The position numbers and the translations under genes are program-made. A stretch of DNA of 64,000 nucleotides from Camelus ferus (Eukaryota): assembly GCF_009834535.1 (NCBI RefSeq), contig NC_045698.1, positions 14,262,001-14,326,000 of the forward strand. Direction: 5' to 3'. The notes beneath the pieces are model-generated. The model did not search any database and was not told the DNA's origin. It was given only the letters and a program-made list of their open reading frames with translations. This document shows, in pieces, positions 12,211 to 23,765 of the stretch; position 1 is the stretch's first letter; each line of letters opens with the position of its first letter.

Positions 12211-12946
12211 AAGGGAACCCTCCTACCCTTCTGGTGGGAATGCAGTTTGGTGCAGCCACTGTGGAAAACAGTGTGGAGATTCTTCAAAAGACTTAGAATA
12301 GACTTACCATATGACCCAGGAATCCCGCTCCTGGGCATCTATCCAGAAGGAACCCTACTTCAAAAAGACACCTGCACCCCGATGTTCATAACAGCACTAT
12401 TTACAATAGCCAAGACATGGAAACAGCCTAAATGCCCATCAACAGATGACAGGATAAAGAAGAGATGGTATATTTATACAATGGAATACTATTCAGCCAT
12501 AAAAACCAACAACATAACGCCATTTGCAACAACATGGATGTTACTGGAGAATGTCATTCTAAGTGAAGTAAGCCAGAAAGAGAAAGAAAAGTACCATATG
12601 AGATCCCTTATATGTGGAATCTAAAAAAAACAAAAAACAAACAAACAAAAAAACTATAAATACAAAACAGAAACAGACTCATAGACAGAATACAAACTTG
12701 TGGTTGCCAAGGGGGCGGGAGGTGGGAAGGAACAGACTGGGATTTCAAAATGTAGACTAGATAAACAAGATTATACTGTATAGCACAGAGAAATATATAC
12801 AAGGTCTTGTGGTAGCTCACAGTGAAAAAAAAATGTGACAATGAATATATGTATGTTCATGTATAACTGAAAAGTTGTGCTCCACTGGAATTTGACACAA
12901 CATTGTAAAATGACTATGACTCAATAAAAAAATGTTAAAAAAAAAA
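12211..12946 (+). mobile_element. Young 5'-truncated L1: ORF2p C-terminus (open 12211-12624), 3'UTR, poly(A)
   Basis: Translation [24 protein letters not shown]...[14 protein letters not shown]...TWKQPKCPS...YTMEYYSAIK is the L1 ORF2p C-terminus. AATAAA at 12923 is followed by an A-tail. Confidence 0.95.
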
Positions 12947-12980
12947 CAGCATTGTACGTTCAGATAAAAAAGAAAGAAAG

Positions 12981-13035
12981 AAATAAACCTAATTACCTCC
13001 CCCTCCAAAAATAAAAGATTAAAAAAGTAAATAAA
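12981..13035 (+). mobile_element. 3' tail of the tRNA-derived SINE
   Basis: 'aaataaacctaattacctccccctccaaaaataaaa' matches the tail I recall for the camelid tRNA-SINE. Confidence 0.7.
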
Positions 13036-13189
13036 ATCAAATAGATCTAGGGGGGCAGTGTTAATAATTGATAAAGGGAAAACTAAAACTCCTCAATTTC
13101 TATAGTAAATATTTTATTTCCATAAAATAAATCCTTGTTACACTATAAATGATAGAATAAGGACACTGGGTTCCAGGATAAGTGAAAAA

Positions 13190-14150
13190 TGTGCTAACTA
13201 ATGGACCTGAATTTTAAGTGATTAATTTCTGGACAAAGATCACACAATGTACTTGCCAATATTTTTAAAAAATATATGAAATCATGTTGATAAGCTTTGA
13301 AGATTTGGTGAAAATAGTGCATATGAGAGATAAGTAATATTTCCCCCAAGTTTCAGACATGATTGAACAGGGAGTCTATAGGTTAGAAATTATCGAACTA
13401 AATGTGTCACCTGGCCAAGTTATAAGGTGATTTACTAAAGAGACGAGCATACCAGTAAGGAAAGAAAACAGTGGGGTCACCTGAGTCTGTATCACATTCA
13501 CATAACAGTCATTTCAAAATAATCCCATCGCTTTCTATGACAGACACTCTAGACAGGAAATAGGGGGAATGCACCTGATATGATATTTCTATATGTCATC
13601 ATTATCTCTCTTGATTTCATTAGAACCCACATGGAGAAATTTTACTGCAATTATTTACTGTAGCAGCTGGTTAAGGTACCATTCTCACTTGTTTAGAAAA
13701 GAAGAGGTGCTTCCTTGGAGGCATGTTTCTAGTAGTAAGTGGCAGAGTTCTAACACCAAACATGATCATGGTTTTATCAGTGCTATGAACACTGAAGTCA
13801 TCCATAGAAATTTTATACCAAAACTAGTATATTTGGATAAAGAACTGGAAAAAAATTAAGAAGTCTTGAATAACTTGGTTGTTACCTCAAATCTAACAAA
13901 GAAGAAATACTACAGCTGGGTCCAAAAGTATGAATGTATTAAAAATATGGCAGTGGGGACAAGTCTTTGAATGAAAACTTGTGAATAAGACTTAGATTTT
14001 TAATTCCACTGACAGTCATTTTAGTGTAAATCAATTATGTGATATGATTATCAAAAATGTTAATGTTAACAGATGTCCTTAGTAAAAGCAAAGCATCAAA
14101 ATGGGAGTGGTGATGACCTTAGTCAACTCTAAAATATTGAGAATGTACCA
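13190..14150 (+). mobile_element. L3/CR1 LINE fragments, interrupted by a MIR-like segment at ~13620-13790
   Basis: RT-region remnants 'ataatcccatcgctttctatgacag...gggggaatgcacctgatatgatatttct' and 3' region 'aagacttagatttttaattc...gtaaatcaattatgtgatatgattatcaaaaatgttaatg'. Confidence 0.55.
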
Positions 14151-14480
14151 GCAATATGGCGTGTCAAGGACACTTAGCTATAGCTAATTCCAGTACTTTT
14201 AAGTTAATTTATATTTCTGTTAGCTGCATCATGATATATTCATTCAATGGACAAAGCTAATACCTGTAACTCTCTCACTCATCCCTGACATAACCTCCAC
14301 TCATTTCTTCCCTCATACCTTACCCCCTACCTCATCCATCTTTCTGGGGTCAGAACAAAGTTCACTTTTTCCGAGTAAAGTACCTTGCTCTAATAGGTTC
14401 AACTAGTCCCTACATTTTTTGAAGCCATAAAATACTTCAACATCTGTCAGTATCTCATTTAACAGATTATGTTATAGTTA

Positions 14481-14895
14481 GAGGCAACATGGCGTAGTTG
14501 TTAAAAACAGAATCTGGAATCAAACAAATTTGGGAAGCTATGTAATTGTATGTGTTTAGTTACTTCTTTAGTAAAATATCCATAATATTGCCCATTTCTT
14601 AAGCTTCAAAGGAGGATGAAATATGTTAAAATGTATAAATGCAGCTTGGTGTAATGAAGATAACTCCACACCAAAGATGGAGGTGGGAAACCTAGGACTA
14701 AACCATACCACTTGTATTAAATATAGAGTTGCTTAATCAGCATGTTTTATTTTCTGAACACCCTACCTGACTTGTAATTTGAGAAACCACCCTCATTTTA
14801 CACAGAGCTTTTGCAACTTTTAAGAGGTTTTATACACACTAAAGGGTCTAGGACAGTTCTTGGCATATAAAAGGCTTTGAATAAAGATTAGTTGA
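14481..14895 (+). mobile_element. MIR fragments (probably two, nested)
   Basis: 'gaggcaacatggcgtagttgttaaaaacagaatctggaatcaaaca' head, 'gaggatgaaatatgttaaaatgtataaa', tail 'ggacagttcttggcatataaaaggctttgaataaa'. Confidence 0.6.
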
Positions 14896-15379
14896 GTCTC
14901 AGTTCTAAGTGCTCACTAAGTGTCCATTAAATAAATCGTATTTGATTTCTGCACTCACTTTTGTAGCAGAAAAACACAAGTTATCAATAAATTATTTAAT
15001 AAAATCTTTTTATTAAAAAAGAAAATACAGCTTTTATGCAATGTCCTTGGGACAGCACTCATTCTTTTCAACCTCTCATATCTATATGAAAACCTTTCTG
15101 GTGCTATATAATGGAAATTGACATTTCGATGACCCTAAAGTATTTTAAGATTCTTAACTATCAAAGAGATATTACATTGCACCCAGTATACAATATCTGC
15201 AATGCCAGAAAAGAAACAAATATTTAACATCATTCTATAACCTTGATTTATAAAAACAAGGCTTATTTAATATTCAAGTAATCAGAACTTCTGGTTGACT
15301 AAACTGCTGATCTTTTCAGAATTGTATTTAATTTGCTGATGTACTTTTGTGACCAGACCAGTGGTATATGCTCTTTCTT

Positions 15380-15450
15380 TTAAAAATTAAAGTATAGTTG
15401 ATTTACAATATTGTATTACTTTCAAGTGTACAGTCAAGTAACTCAGTTAA
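15380..15450 (-). mobile_element. L1 3' terminal fragment
   Basis: 'attaaagtatagttgatttacaatattgtattactttcaagtgtacag' is the reverse complement of the L1 terminus seen at 11770-11812. Confidence 0.8.
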
Positions 15451-15639
15451 CTAATTTACCATATTAATCTTTGCTCTAAGGACATCTTTTGAGACACTTT
15501 GAAAACGAATGCATATATCTTGTCTTTTAAATTTTAATATATTAGATTTTTATGCAATTAAAATCACTTATTGGACATTTTCAATAAAATACCAGCATTG
15601 TATTGCAAAGCATCTGTGTAATAAACTTCACTGCATCTT

Positions 15640-16010
15640 TTTTCCTGTTACTGAAATTTGATGTTGTCTTCAATTTGGGGTATTATAGGTAATGCTTCCA
15701 CGAATGCTTCTGTTTATAAACCCTTTCCTGGATCTCTGATTATTCTACTTGAATAGACTCCTTGAAGCAGAACTACTAAGTAAAATTAATGAACATTTCT
15801 TAACATGCACGATTATGTTATTGCTCCCTAATACCGTTAGAGAAGAGTAAAAGATTAATTGGTTCCTCACTACCTTCTGAGCAAGAATATTTCTTTTCCA
15901 ATGTGTTTATTCAATGGCTGAAAATGATCTCATTGTTTTAATTTCTGTTCATGTGATTACTAGAATTTTTATTGACTGTTTCCTTGTTTTCTTCTCATAA
16001 TTTTCCATCC
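15640..16010 (-). mobile_element. Old L1ME-like fragment
   Basis: 'caatttggggtattataggtaatgcttc', 'gaatagactccttgaagcagaactactaagt', 'gaaaatgatctcattgttttaatttc' are antisense L1 3' motifs. Confidence 0.6.
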
Positions 16011-16548
16011 ATATCCACTCCCCTAGCACGTTATTGCTAATTGAGAATATAATAGACTTAAATTGTGTTAATGATCAGAAGACATTTAGAAAATTGAGTT
16101 CAATGTAAGTTCTTATATTTCTTTCTCACCTCTAGCCAAAAAAATGTGTTTGTACATACACGTGCTTGTAAATTTATGTATATTTAATACTTTAAATATT
16201 CTTATAAATAACCATTATGTATGTATACATACATACATTTCTACATACACAGATATGTGTATATATGTATATGCATATATAAGCATACATGTGTGCATGA
16301 ATTGATTTATTCAGAAAATACATATACAGTATCATATAGAAAGTTCCAATGACATATATGAAAAAAGGTAAGACACATTCTCTGGTTTTAAGCTAAAAAT
16401 ACTAGAAATACACCACTAAAATGCAAAGCAATGCTATAAATTCTATAAGCTAAATATGGGCAGTGTTTTTCATATATTAAAAATTTGATAAATTACTTTC
16501 AACAGCACCTTGTTTAAAATAAGGTGGGAAGATGGAGTCGATAAAGTG

Positions 16549-16552
16549 TACA

Positions 16553-16583
<31 letters not shown>
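16549..16583. repeat. (CA)n microsatellite
   Basis: Seen directly. Confidence 0.95.
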
Positions 16584-17769
16584 CAATTTTCCAAACAAAA
16601 TTCGAGCATTAGCTTTGATTATTTTTCTTGTCCTCACCCCCAGGACCAGTACAATTTGATGAAGAGTGAAAATGAAAATATGAGGATTCGTCAGACCATG
16701 AAGATTTTCAAGGTGGTCACGACAAGCATTAATGTAACATGGAGCCTTTCCGTTGTGGGGCTTCTGCAGCTGTAGAGGCTGCACACTTATGAAGCTGCCT
16801 CACCCGTCACTGCCATGAACCCAGTAAGTCAGGTCCAACTCATCTTGCTTCATTAATAATACTCACATCATCCATCGAGCTCTATCTCAATTTCTTTCTC
16901 TTCATATAGTCTACCATATTCTACCATCATCTCTTGCCTAAACTTTTGCAAATTAGGCAGATAGGATGATTGTTCATTAACATGAATGCTTAAATTTCGT
17001 GCCATTGTGAGAGCTTTACACTTTGAGCGTAGAAACAGAGAGATCAGAACAGGAGGCCAATATAAGGAAGGAGCTTGGTCTGGTGGGGACACTTGCCTAC
17101 ATCTTCTAAGACTTAATAGATAGCTGAAATATATTGATTGAATAAATGATGGTCGATTATCACTCTGAGTGCTGTATTGCAAGATGATGAAGCTGTGGTC
17201 AATTTATAGCTTTAGTCTAGAAATAAATCATGATTACCTTTAACTCGGTATAAGAATAGAAAAGAGAAAGGTAAATGTATTATATAGATATTTAGAGAAA
17301 TAATTAACCATAATATAATGCAGCTAGGAATGAATCAACTTTCAAGCTTAGTCCTGAAAAAAAAAAAGCACTATCATTAGTAGGAAAAAAAAAAAGAAAA
17401 TAGTAATATCTGGTTGGGAAATATAATAGATTGGAGTGCACTGACTGGGGTGTTAGCCAGACACCATGAGGAATCATACAAAGGTCACTTGACAACAGGA
17501 AACCGCAGGTTGAAAAATAGATTCAAGGGGAAGACATAATTTTGCAAGTCATCTGCAGAGAGTAACACTAATGGTCAAAGCTGTTACAGCCCCTAAAGGA
17601 CACGAGAAAAGTTTCTTCACTGATCATTGATGAAGACATACTAGGTGGTGAAAGAGGGAAGGAGAGAGGAAGGAAGGGATGGGAGAGAGGAGAGAAAAGA
17701 AGAAGTCAGAGAAGATGGTTAGAAAACTCTACTCATCTTAAACTGATAGGTTAAAAAATATCATTTTTT

Positions 17770-17925
17770 AAACAACAACCAAATCTTATATCTCAAGGAA
17801 CCAGAACAAACAAAACCCAAAATTAGTTTATTTGTGTCTTTTTTTAGATCAACTATACTTCAATTAAAAAAAAAGCAAATTTAGTCAAAAGAAAGAAGTC
17901 ATAAATTTCAAAGCAGAAGTAAATT
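17770..17925 (+). mobile_element. L1 ORF2 internal fragment containing a tiny inverted L1 insertion at 17828-17874
   Basis: 'aacaaccaaatcttatatctcaaggaaccagaacaaacaaaacccaaaattag...aaagaagtcataaatttcaaagcagaagtaaat' resembles the L1 ORF2 linker region. Confidence 0.7.
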
Positions 17926-19579
17926 TAATTTTATATTGCTAATTGGTAAACAAAATTTTCTCATGTGTAGAAAAGCTGGCAATGTAAAAGTTGGAAACTC
18001 AATGATAGTGTGGTCACTATGGAAAAATGTCTGATTAAAAATAGCTCAGATAAACCCAGCAGAGATTGGCATAGTCAATAGTATGCAAAATTGGCAAATA
18101 AAGTGTTATACTTTTATTTTAATGCATGAGAAGTTTGTTCTTCACTTGAGAATATGAAATCAGTTGTACTTTACCACTTACTTGCTTATTGAGTTGTTTA
18201 TAAAAGGATTTCCAAGTAGTATGCACGTATAGTTAATAATGAAGAAAGTCAGAGATTGTATTTAAGGCAATAAATTGAAATATGAACTCTATTATAATCT
18301 TCTGTATGCATAGGTGTATGTGTGTTTGAGTGCACAATAGTAAGGTCGGCTGCTATATATTAAAGTTTATTTATATTGCTACCTTTAAAGAAAACTTGAA
18401 TCATCACAGAAAGCCTGATTATTTTTAACTCAAACAAAAATTTATAGAGGCCATCAACCCCATAAAGAACAGAACAAGCTAAAAAGAGAACAGTATCTCT
18501 GAAGTATTGTCTAGAAATGTGTGTCCAAAATAAATTTCATATTTCCAGTGTTAATTCAGGATCCTAGGAAGACTAGTTAGATCAGAAGGGGTTTCATTTA
18601 CCTGTATCCCAGGACACCTTATGTTATTATTCTTTTCTGTTTCTACTGCAAGTCAGTGGTGTGTGGCATGCTGGAATCATTTTTCTGCAGGGCTCTTGGA
18701 TCATATAAGCCCTGTGCTTTTGGTTGCCATAGGCTGTAGGAATTATATGACAGGCTCAGGAGAGCAGTGAAAATTCAAGCTTTAAATTCATTGCTTTACT
18801 GAGTGTTTGGCCCTTAGAGTAGACACGTAAAACTCTAGGTACTGTTAGATTGTTAGCAGAATACTGCAGTCCTACTGATAACACATATGTAAGCCTCATC
18901 ATTGTCAGAAAGGAACTGCCACGGCCCTTCTTTGCCTATCTAAAGGTTCCCCAAGCTGCCAATACTCACATTTTATAGTTGGCAGTTTGACACATACTGT
19001 CCCTAAACGTATGTTCTGCCCATCGTTACTAACTAGTCACTATTGACATTGATGATTTTCTCATCTCATTCTTCAAGCCCAAACCTCTCCTTTCTAAAGT
19101 CTCCTAAATCTTTCCTGTACAATTCTATGTTTTGAATTTTACTCTGCACATAAGAGGAATCTAATGATACAACTTCTTTTTATTATTAAATAAGCACTGA
19201 TCCTATTTAATCAACCATTTCTGAATTTCACCTACAACTTCACTGATTATATTGCATAATAGACTTTTTTACTGTAAAATCCGTTCTTTCCAGGAGACTT
19301 GAAAACAAATGCTTAGATTTTAGATAGAGATCAACTTGGGTCATATACTGGCATTGCCACTTGTTTAGTGTGTTGACATTGAAAAGGACTGACTCTCAGT
19401 TTGCTTATCTTTTGATGTTGTAGTTGCACATTTCTGGATAAGAAGTTGTGATTACATACGCTGAAGGAGATAATTTGTATGATTCATCTATTACAGGATA
19501 TGGTATCACAGTATGTACTCAGTCAATTAGTTATAAAAATAGACATAACCTCTCAGTTACTATTATGATTTTACCAAAG

Positions 19580-19599
19580 TCTCTCTCTGTCTCTCTCTG

Positions 19600-19633
<34 letters not shown>

Positions 19634-19667
19634 CACACACACACAAACATACACACACACACACACA
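19580..19667. repeat. Compound (TC)n(TA)n(CA)n microsatellite
   Basis: Seen directly. Confidence 0.95.
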
Positions 19668-20803
19668 AAACACACCATCTTCCTAAATGTTACTGAGTTC
19701 AAAGTGATTGTAACAAAGAAGATAAATTACAAAAGGAAAACAGGTTATGATGTGGGATGATAGTAACATGGTTCATTTGTTGACATCTTGTGCTACTGAG
19801 ATTACCTACGTGTCTAAAAAGTGAAAGGCAGGACTAAAGAAGGGATCTGTGTCCATCCACAATCTGTTCAGGGAAGATACAGATTTTCTCTATTTCAGAG
19901 TTCCAGAGGACAAAAGTCAGTGCCCAGAGATAAAGGGGATTGGTTTGCCAATCACAGAACCTGTAGAGCACAACAGTGAATGTGTGAAACAGAGAAAAAT
20001 CCAGAAAAGGAACACAAGTAAAAAGAAGCAATTCACTTGTTGAGTGTTTCCTGCAAAATCATCACTATTTACATTGAAAGTCATTATGGTAAACTTGCTC
20101 AATTATTTTAGGACATTATCGGTGTTGCTTCTTCCTAATTTTGACTGATTTTGATATATTAGGATGTGGAAAGAAAGATGAATGTGTACTGATGCCATTG
20201 GAAAAGATTCAAACAATTTGTTGATGTTTAAGAAGTGAAAAAGTTACCTACAGAATACAAAAGTCGTGTAAACCTGCAAACTTTTATGAAAATTACAATC
20301 TATATAAGTATCAGTATGTGGCCTTGTGTCTCTACCTGGAAGTGTACTGGAGGGTTGTAGGTGGAAGATGGAAGTAAGAATTTTCTATTACAGCTTTAAT
20401 CTGCTGGAGAAATATCACACTACTTTATAAGTTGTTCCGTCTTTAAATTTACAACACAGACCTCAAGTATACAAATGGCTTTTCCTAGTAATTGTACTGT
20501 ATTTCCAAACTGCTTTTTTTTTTTAAATTTTCTAAGATGACCATTTCTAAGCATCTCGTCTCTTTATTCTACATCTTTTTTTTTCTGTTCTGTCAATGAG
20601 TGACCTGCAATCAATTCCATTTAAAAAATAGAAATAAAAAATAACTATTTTCTTGTCAGAAAATCTAGCAAACTATTTGCATCTAGTATATTACATTCTT
20701 AATCTCTCCTCATATCACAGTGATAGGTAAACTCTTATCTAAGGTCAAACACTTTACTTTTGCTCTTGATCCAATATGCTATATATTATCCTTGATTTCA
20801 CAC

Positions 20804-20946
20804 CTTTTTTTACTGAAGTATAGTTGATTTACAATGTTGTATTAGTGAGTCAGTTTTATATATATATATATATTCTTTGTCATTATAGGTTATTACAAGA
20901 TATTGAATATAGTTCCCTGTGCTATACAGTAGGACCTTGTTGTTTA
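20804..20946 (-). mobile_element. 5'-truncated L1 3' end with 13-bp TSD, inside an L2-like remnant
   Basis: Antisense L1 3'UTR 'actgaagtatagttgatttacaatg...gttccctgtgctatacagtaggaccttg'. TSD 'cttgatttcacac' at 20791-20803 and 20947-20959. Confidence 0.92.
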
Positions 20947-21399
20947 CTTGATTTCACACTTTTAATCTTCTAGTTCATCAACAAGTCCACAAAGTATTCT
21001 GAATCTGACTGGATAGCTTTTTACTACTTCACTAGTCCAAGCCACCATCCTCTCTCACCGGGACTCCAGCAACAGACTCCTAAGGTATCTGCCGTTTTTC
21101 ACAAAGAAAACAGAAGGACTATTACATCAGAATCAAATCCTCCTATTTTGGCAGTTGGACATGTCCCTGACTCATCTTCTTGTTTTCTTTACATACATGA
21201 AAACTAAAGGAAGGCTTAAATATCCATCTTTTTCCACTTACATAATTACTTTAGTCAGCCCTCCCTCTAAAGGGAGAGGTAGATTGGAAAGAATAACTTA
21301 GTTGTATAGTAACCTAATGTTTTATATACACTGTTCAACTTTATTTTTTATAAATATGAAAAGACTATTGAGAATCAGGAAGCATTTGAGAGAAAATCA

Positions 21400-21780
21400 A
21401 ATCATAAACAATAAAATCTAAGATGGAGCGAGTAATAACCTTGAAAATAAACAGATAACCTTTGGGATAAAATACACTTAAACATTAAAAAATAAATAGA
21501 TGGGCTGGATAATAGAATGGCCATACTAAAGAACAAACTGATCATCTGGAAGAAAAAGCCTGAGAAATTTATCATGCTGAAAAAGTGACTACAAAGACAT
21601 AGACCACATCAGTATAAAAATAAACAGGTGGTATATCAAATTCCACTGTCTAGGAGTTTCAAAAAAATAAAACAAAACAAAAACAAAAGAAAAATAAATT
21701 TGAAGGGTAAATAAAATAAATAAATTTTCCATGTGATTCAGGAAAAATACAAATCTTTAAGCTGAAGTCATCTGCTTAAT
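21400..21780 (+). mobile_element. Old L1 ORF1-region remnant
   Basis: 'aatagatgggctggataatagaatggccatactaaagaacaaactgatcatctggaaga', 'taggagtttcaaaa', 'acaaatctttaagctgaa'. Confidence 0.55.
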
Positions 21781-21829
21781 TCTGAAATGAAATCTGAAAT
21801 GAAATTGTGAAATAAATTCTGAAATGAAG

Positions 21830-22415
21830 TCAGAAAAAAGACATTAAGAAAACAATCCTATTTACAATTGACTAAAATAGAATAAATGCCTTGGAATAAA
21901 CCTAACTAAGGAGGTAAAAGATCATAAAATAGTAAGACACTGATGAAAGAAATTGAAGACCACACAAACAGATGGAAAGATACACCATGCTCACAGATTA
22001 GAAGAATTAATACTGTTAAAATGACCATGTTACTGAGGGCAATCTACAGTTTCAATGTTATCCCTATCAAAATACTAATGCCATTTTTCACAGAACTAGA
22101 ACAAATAGTTTTAAGATATACAGAGAAACACAAAAGACCCTGAACAGCCAAAACAACTTGAGGAAGAAGAATAGAGCTGGAGGTATTATGTTTGCTGATT
22201 TCAAACCATACTACAGAGCTCTAGTAATTAAAACAGCATGGCACTGGCACAAAAACAAACACATAGATCAATGGAAAAGAATAGAGATCACAGAAATAAG
22301 CCAACACTTATATGGTTGGTTAGTCTGCAACAAAAGAGGCAAGAATATGCAATGAAGAAAAGACAGCTTCTTCAATAAATGGTGTTGGAAAAATTGATCA
22401 GCTACATGCAAAAGA
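21830..22415 (+). mobile_element. L1 ORF2 (post-RT) internal fragment, disrupted
   Basis: ORFs 21943-22143 (MKEIEDHTNRWKDTPCS...[16 protein letters not shown]) and 22158-22355 ([30 protein letters not shown]) are L1 ORF2p motifs separated by a stop and a frameshift. Confidence 0.93.
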
Positions 22416-23424
22416 TGCTATATTCATGGTAAATCTGTTGTATGAATGAATAATTTAATGGGCACTGCATCTTTCTAATACAGACATAAAAATATGTATT
22501 AAACACTTTCTTTTCAAAATTGTAATGAAAATTTGTAACTTGAAGTTAACTTAGAAAAAAGTCATGCTGCATTTATAAGAAAAATTATAAATTGTTTGAA
22601 AGGGCTTAAAAGATGCACTTTTTGATAAAAATTTAAAAAGTAAATTCCTAGGTAAATACTTTAAGAATGTCACACAACCACACACACACACACAAAAATT
22701 AATAGAATTTTTTTTTAACTCAGCAGATGAGATCAATTTCATTTCAAGATTGATTCACTGGATGTATGAAGATAATTTTGAAAAAGAGATGTATTGAATT
22801 GACCTAGAAACATCAAGTACATTTTGAAACTAAAATTTGAAATATTTTAAACATAAGTAAATTATTCAATGCAATAAAAAACAATTCAGAAATAGATACA
22901 AGATTTAAAATTTAATATACAGCAAGTGCCATTGAAAATTAGAAAAGGGAAGAGTTATTCAGTTAACTATATCGGATCAATTTGCAAATCATTTGGAACA
23001 AAAATTAAATCCTGATTCTAATCTGACAAATAATAAGTACAGTCACTAGGAGTAAATACTTAAAAATTAGGGTGTTGATTTAGACATTTTTCCATGAAAA
23101 CACAGTACTGATCTGATCTATGCATGACAAATTTGTTGAATAAATAAATTGTTTTATAAAAATGAGCATATTAAAATGATGAGAAAAATATAGCTAAATA
23201 TCCATAAAATCATTGAATGTGGGAGGAATTTTTGAGCATGACTCAAGGTAGAGAAACAATAAAGTAAATGTACATGGAATAAAATACCAGAGTGAATAAA
23301 TTAGAACAAGCAAGACAAAAAGACAAAAAGACAAAAAAAAGTAGATGCTAAGATAAAAGATTTTTATTAAATAGTTTCAAGTGAAATACCTTAGTGGAAA
23401 TAGTGGTGTGGGTGTGGGTGTATA

Positions 23425-23765
23425 GATGATCTGTCTATAAACCAAGACTTACGGGACAAATTAGGCCTTCCGTCTATTTTTTGTAATGTATATGGGCTAA
23501 GAATATATATTTTTTAAATTTTTAATGGTTAAGAAAAATACCAGGAGGAACATTTAGTGAAATGTGATTATATGAAATCCAAATTTCAATGTCCATAAAT
23601 AAAGATTTATTGGAATACAGTCATGCCCGTTTGATTATAGTCTTTAGCTGCTTTTATGCTCCAGCAGAACAGAGTAGTTTTGACAGAGACCATATGGCCC
23701 ACAAAGCTGGAAACATTTACTATTTGGTCCTTTACAAGGAAAAAAAAAAGATTGGCTGATCCCTG
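23425..23765 (+). mobile_element. MER58B-like hAT-Charlie DNA transposon
   Basis: 'gtccataaataaagatttattggaatacagtcatgccc', 'gacagagaccatatggcccacaaagctggaaacatttactatttggtcctttaca', terminal 'ggctgatccctg'. Confidence 0.85.
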
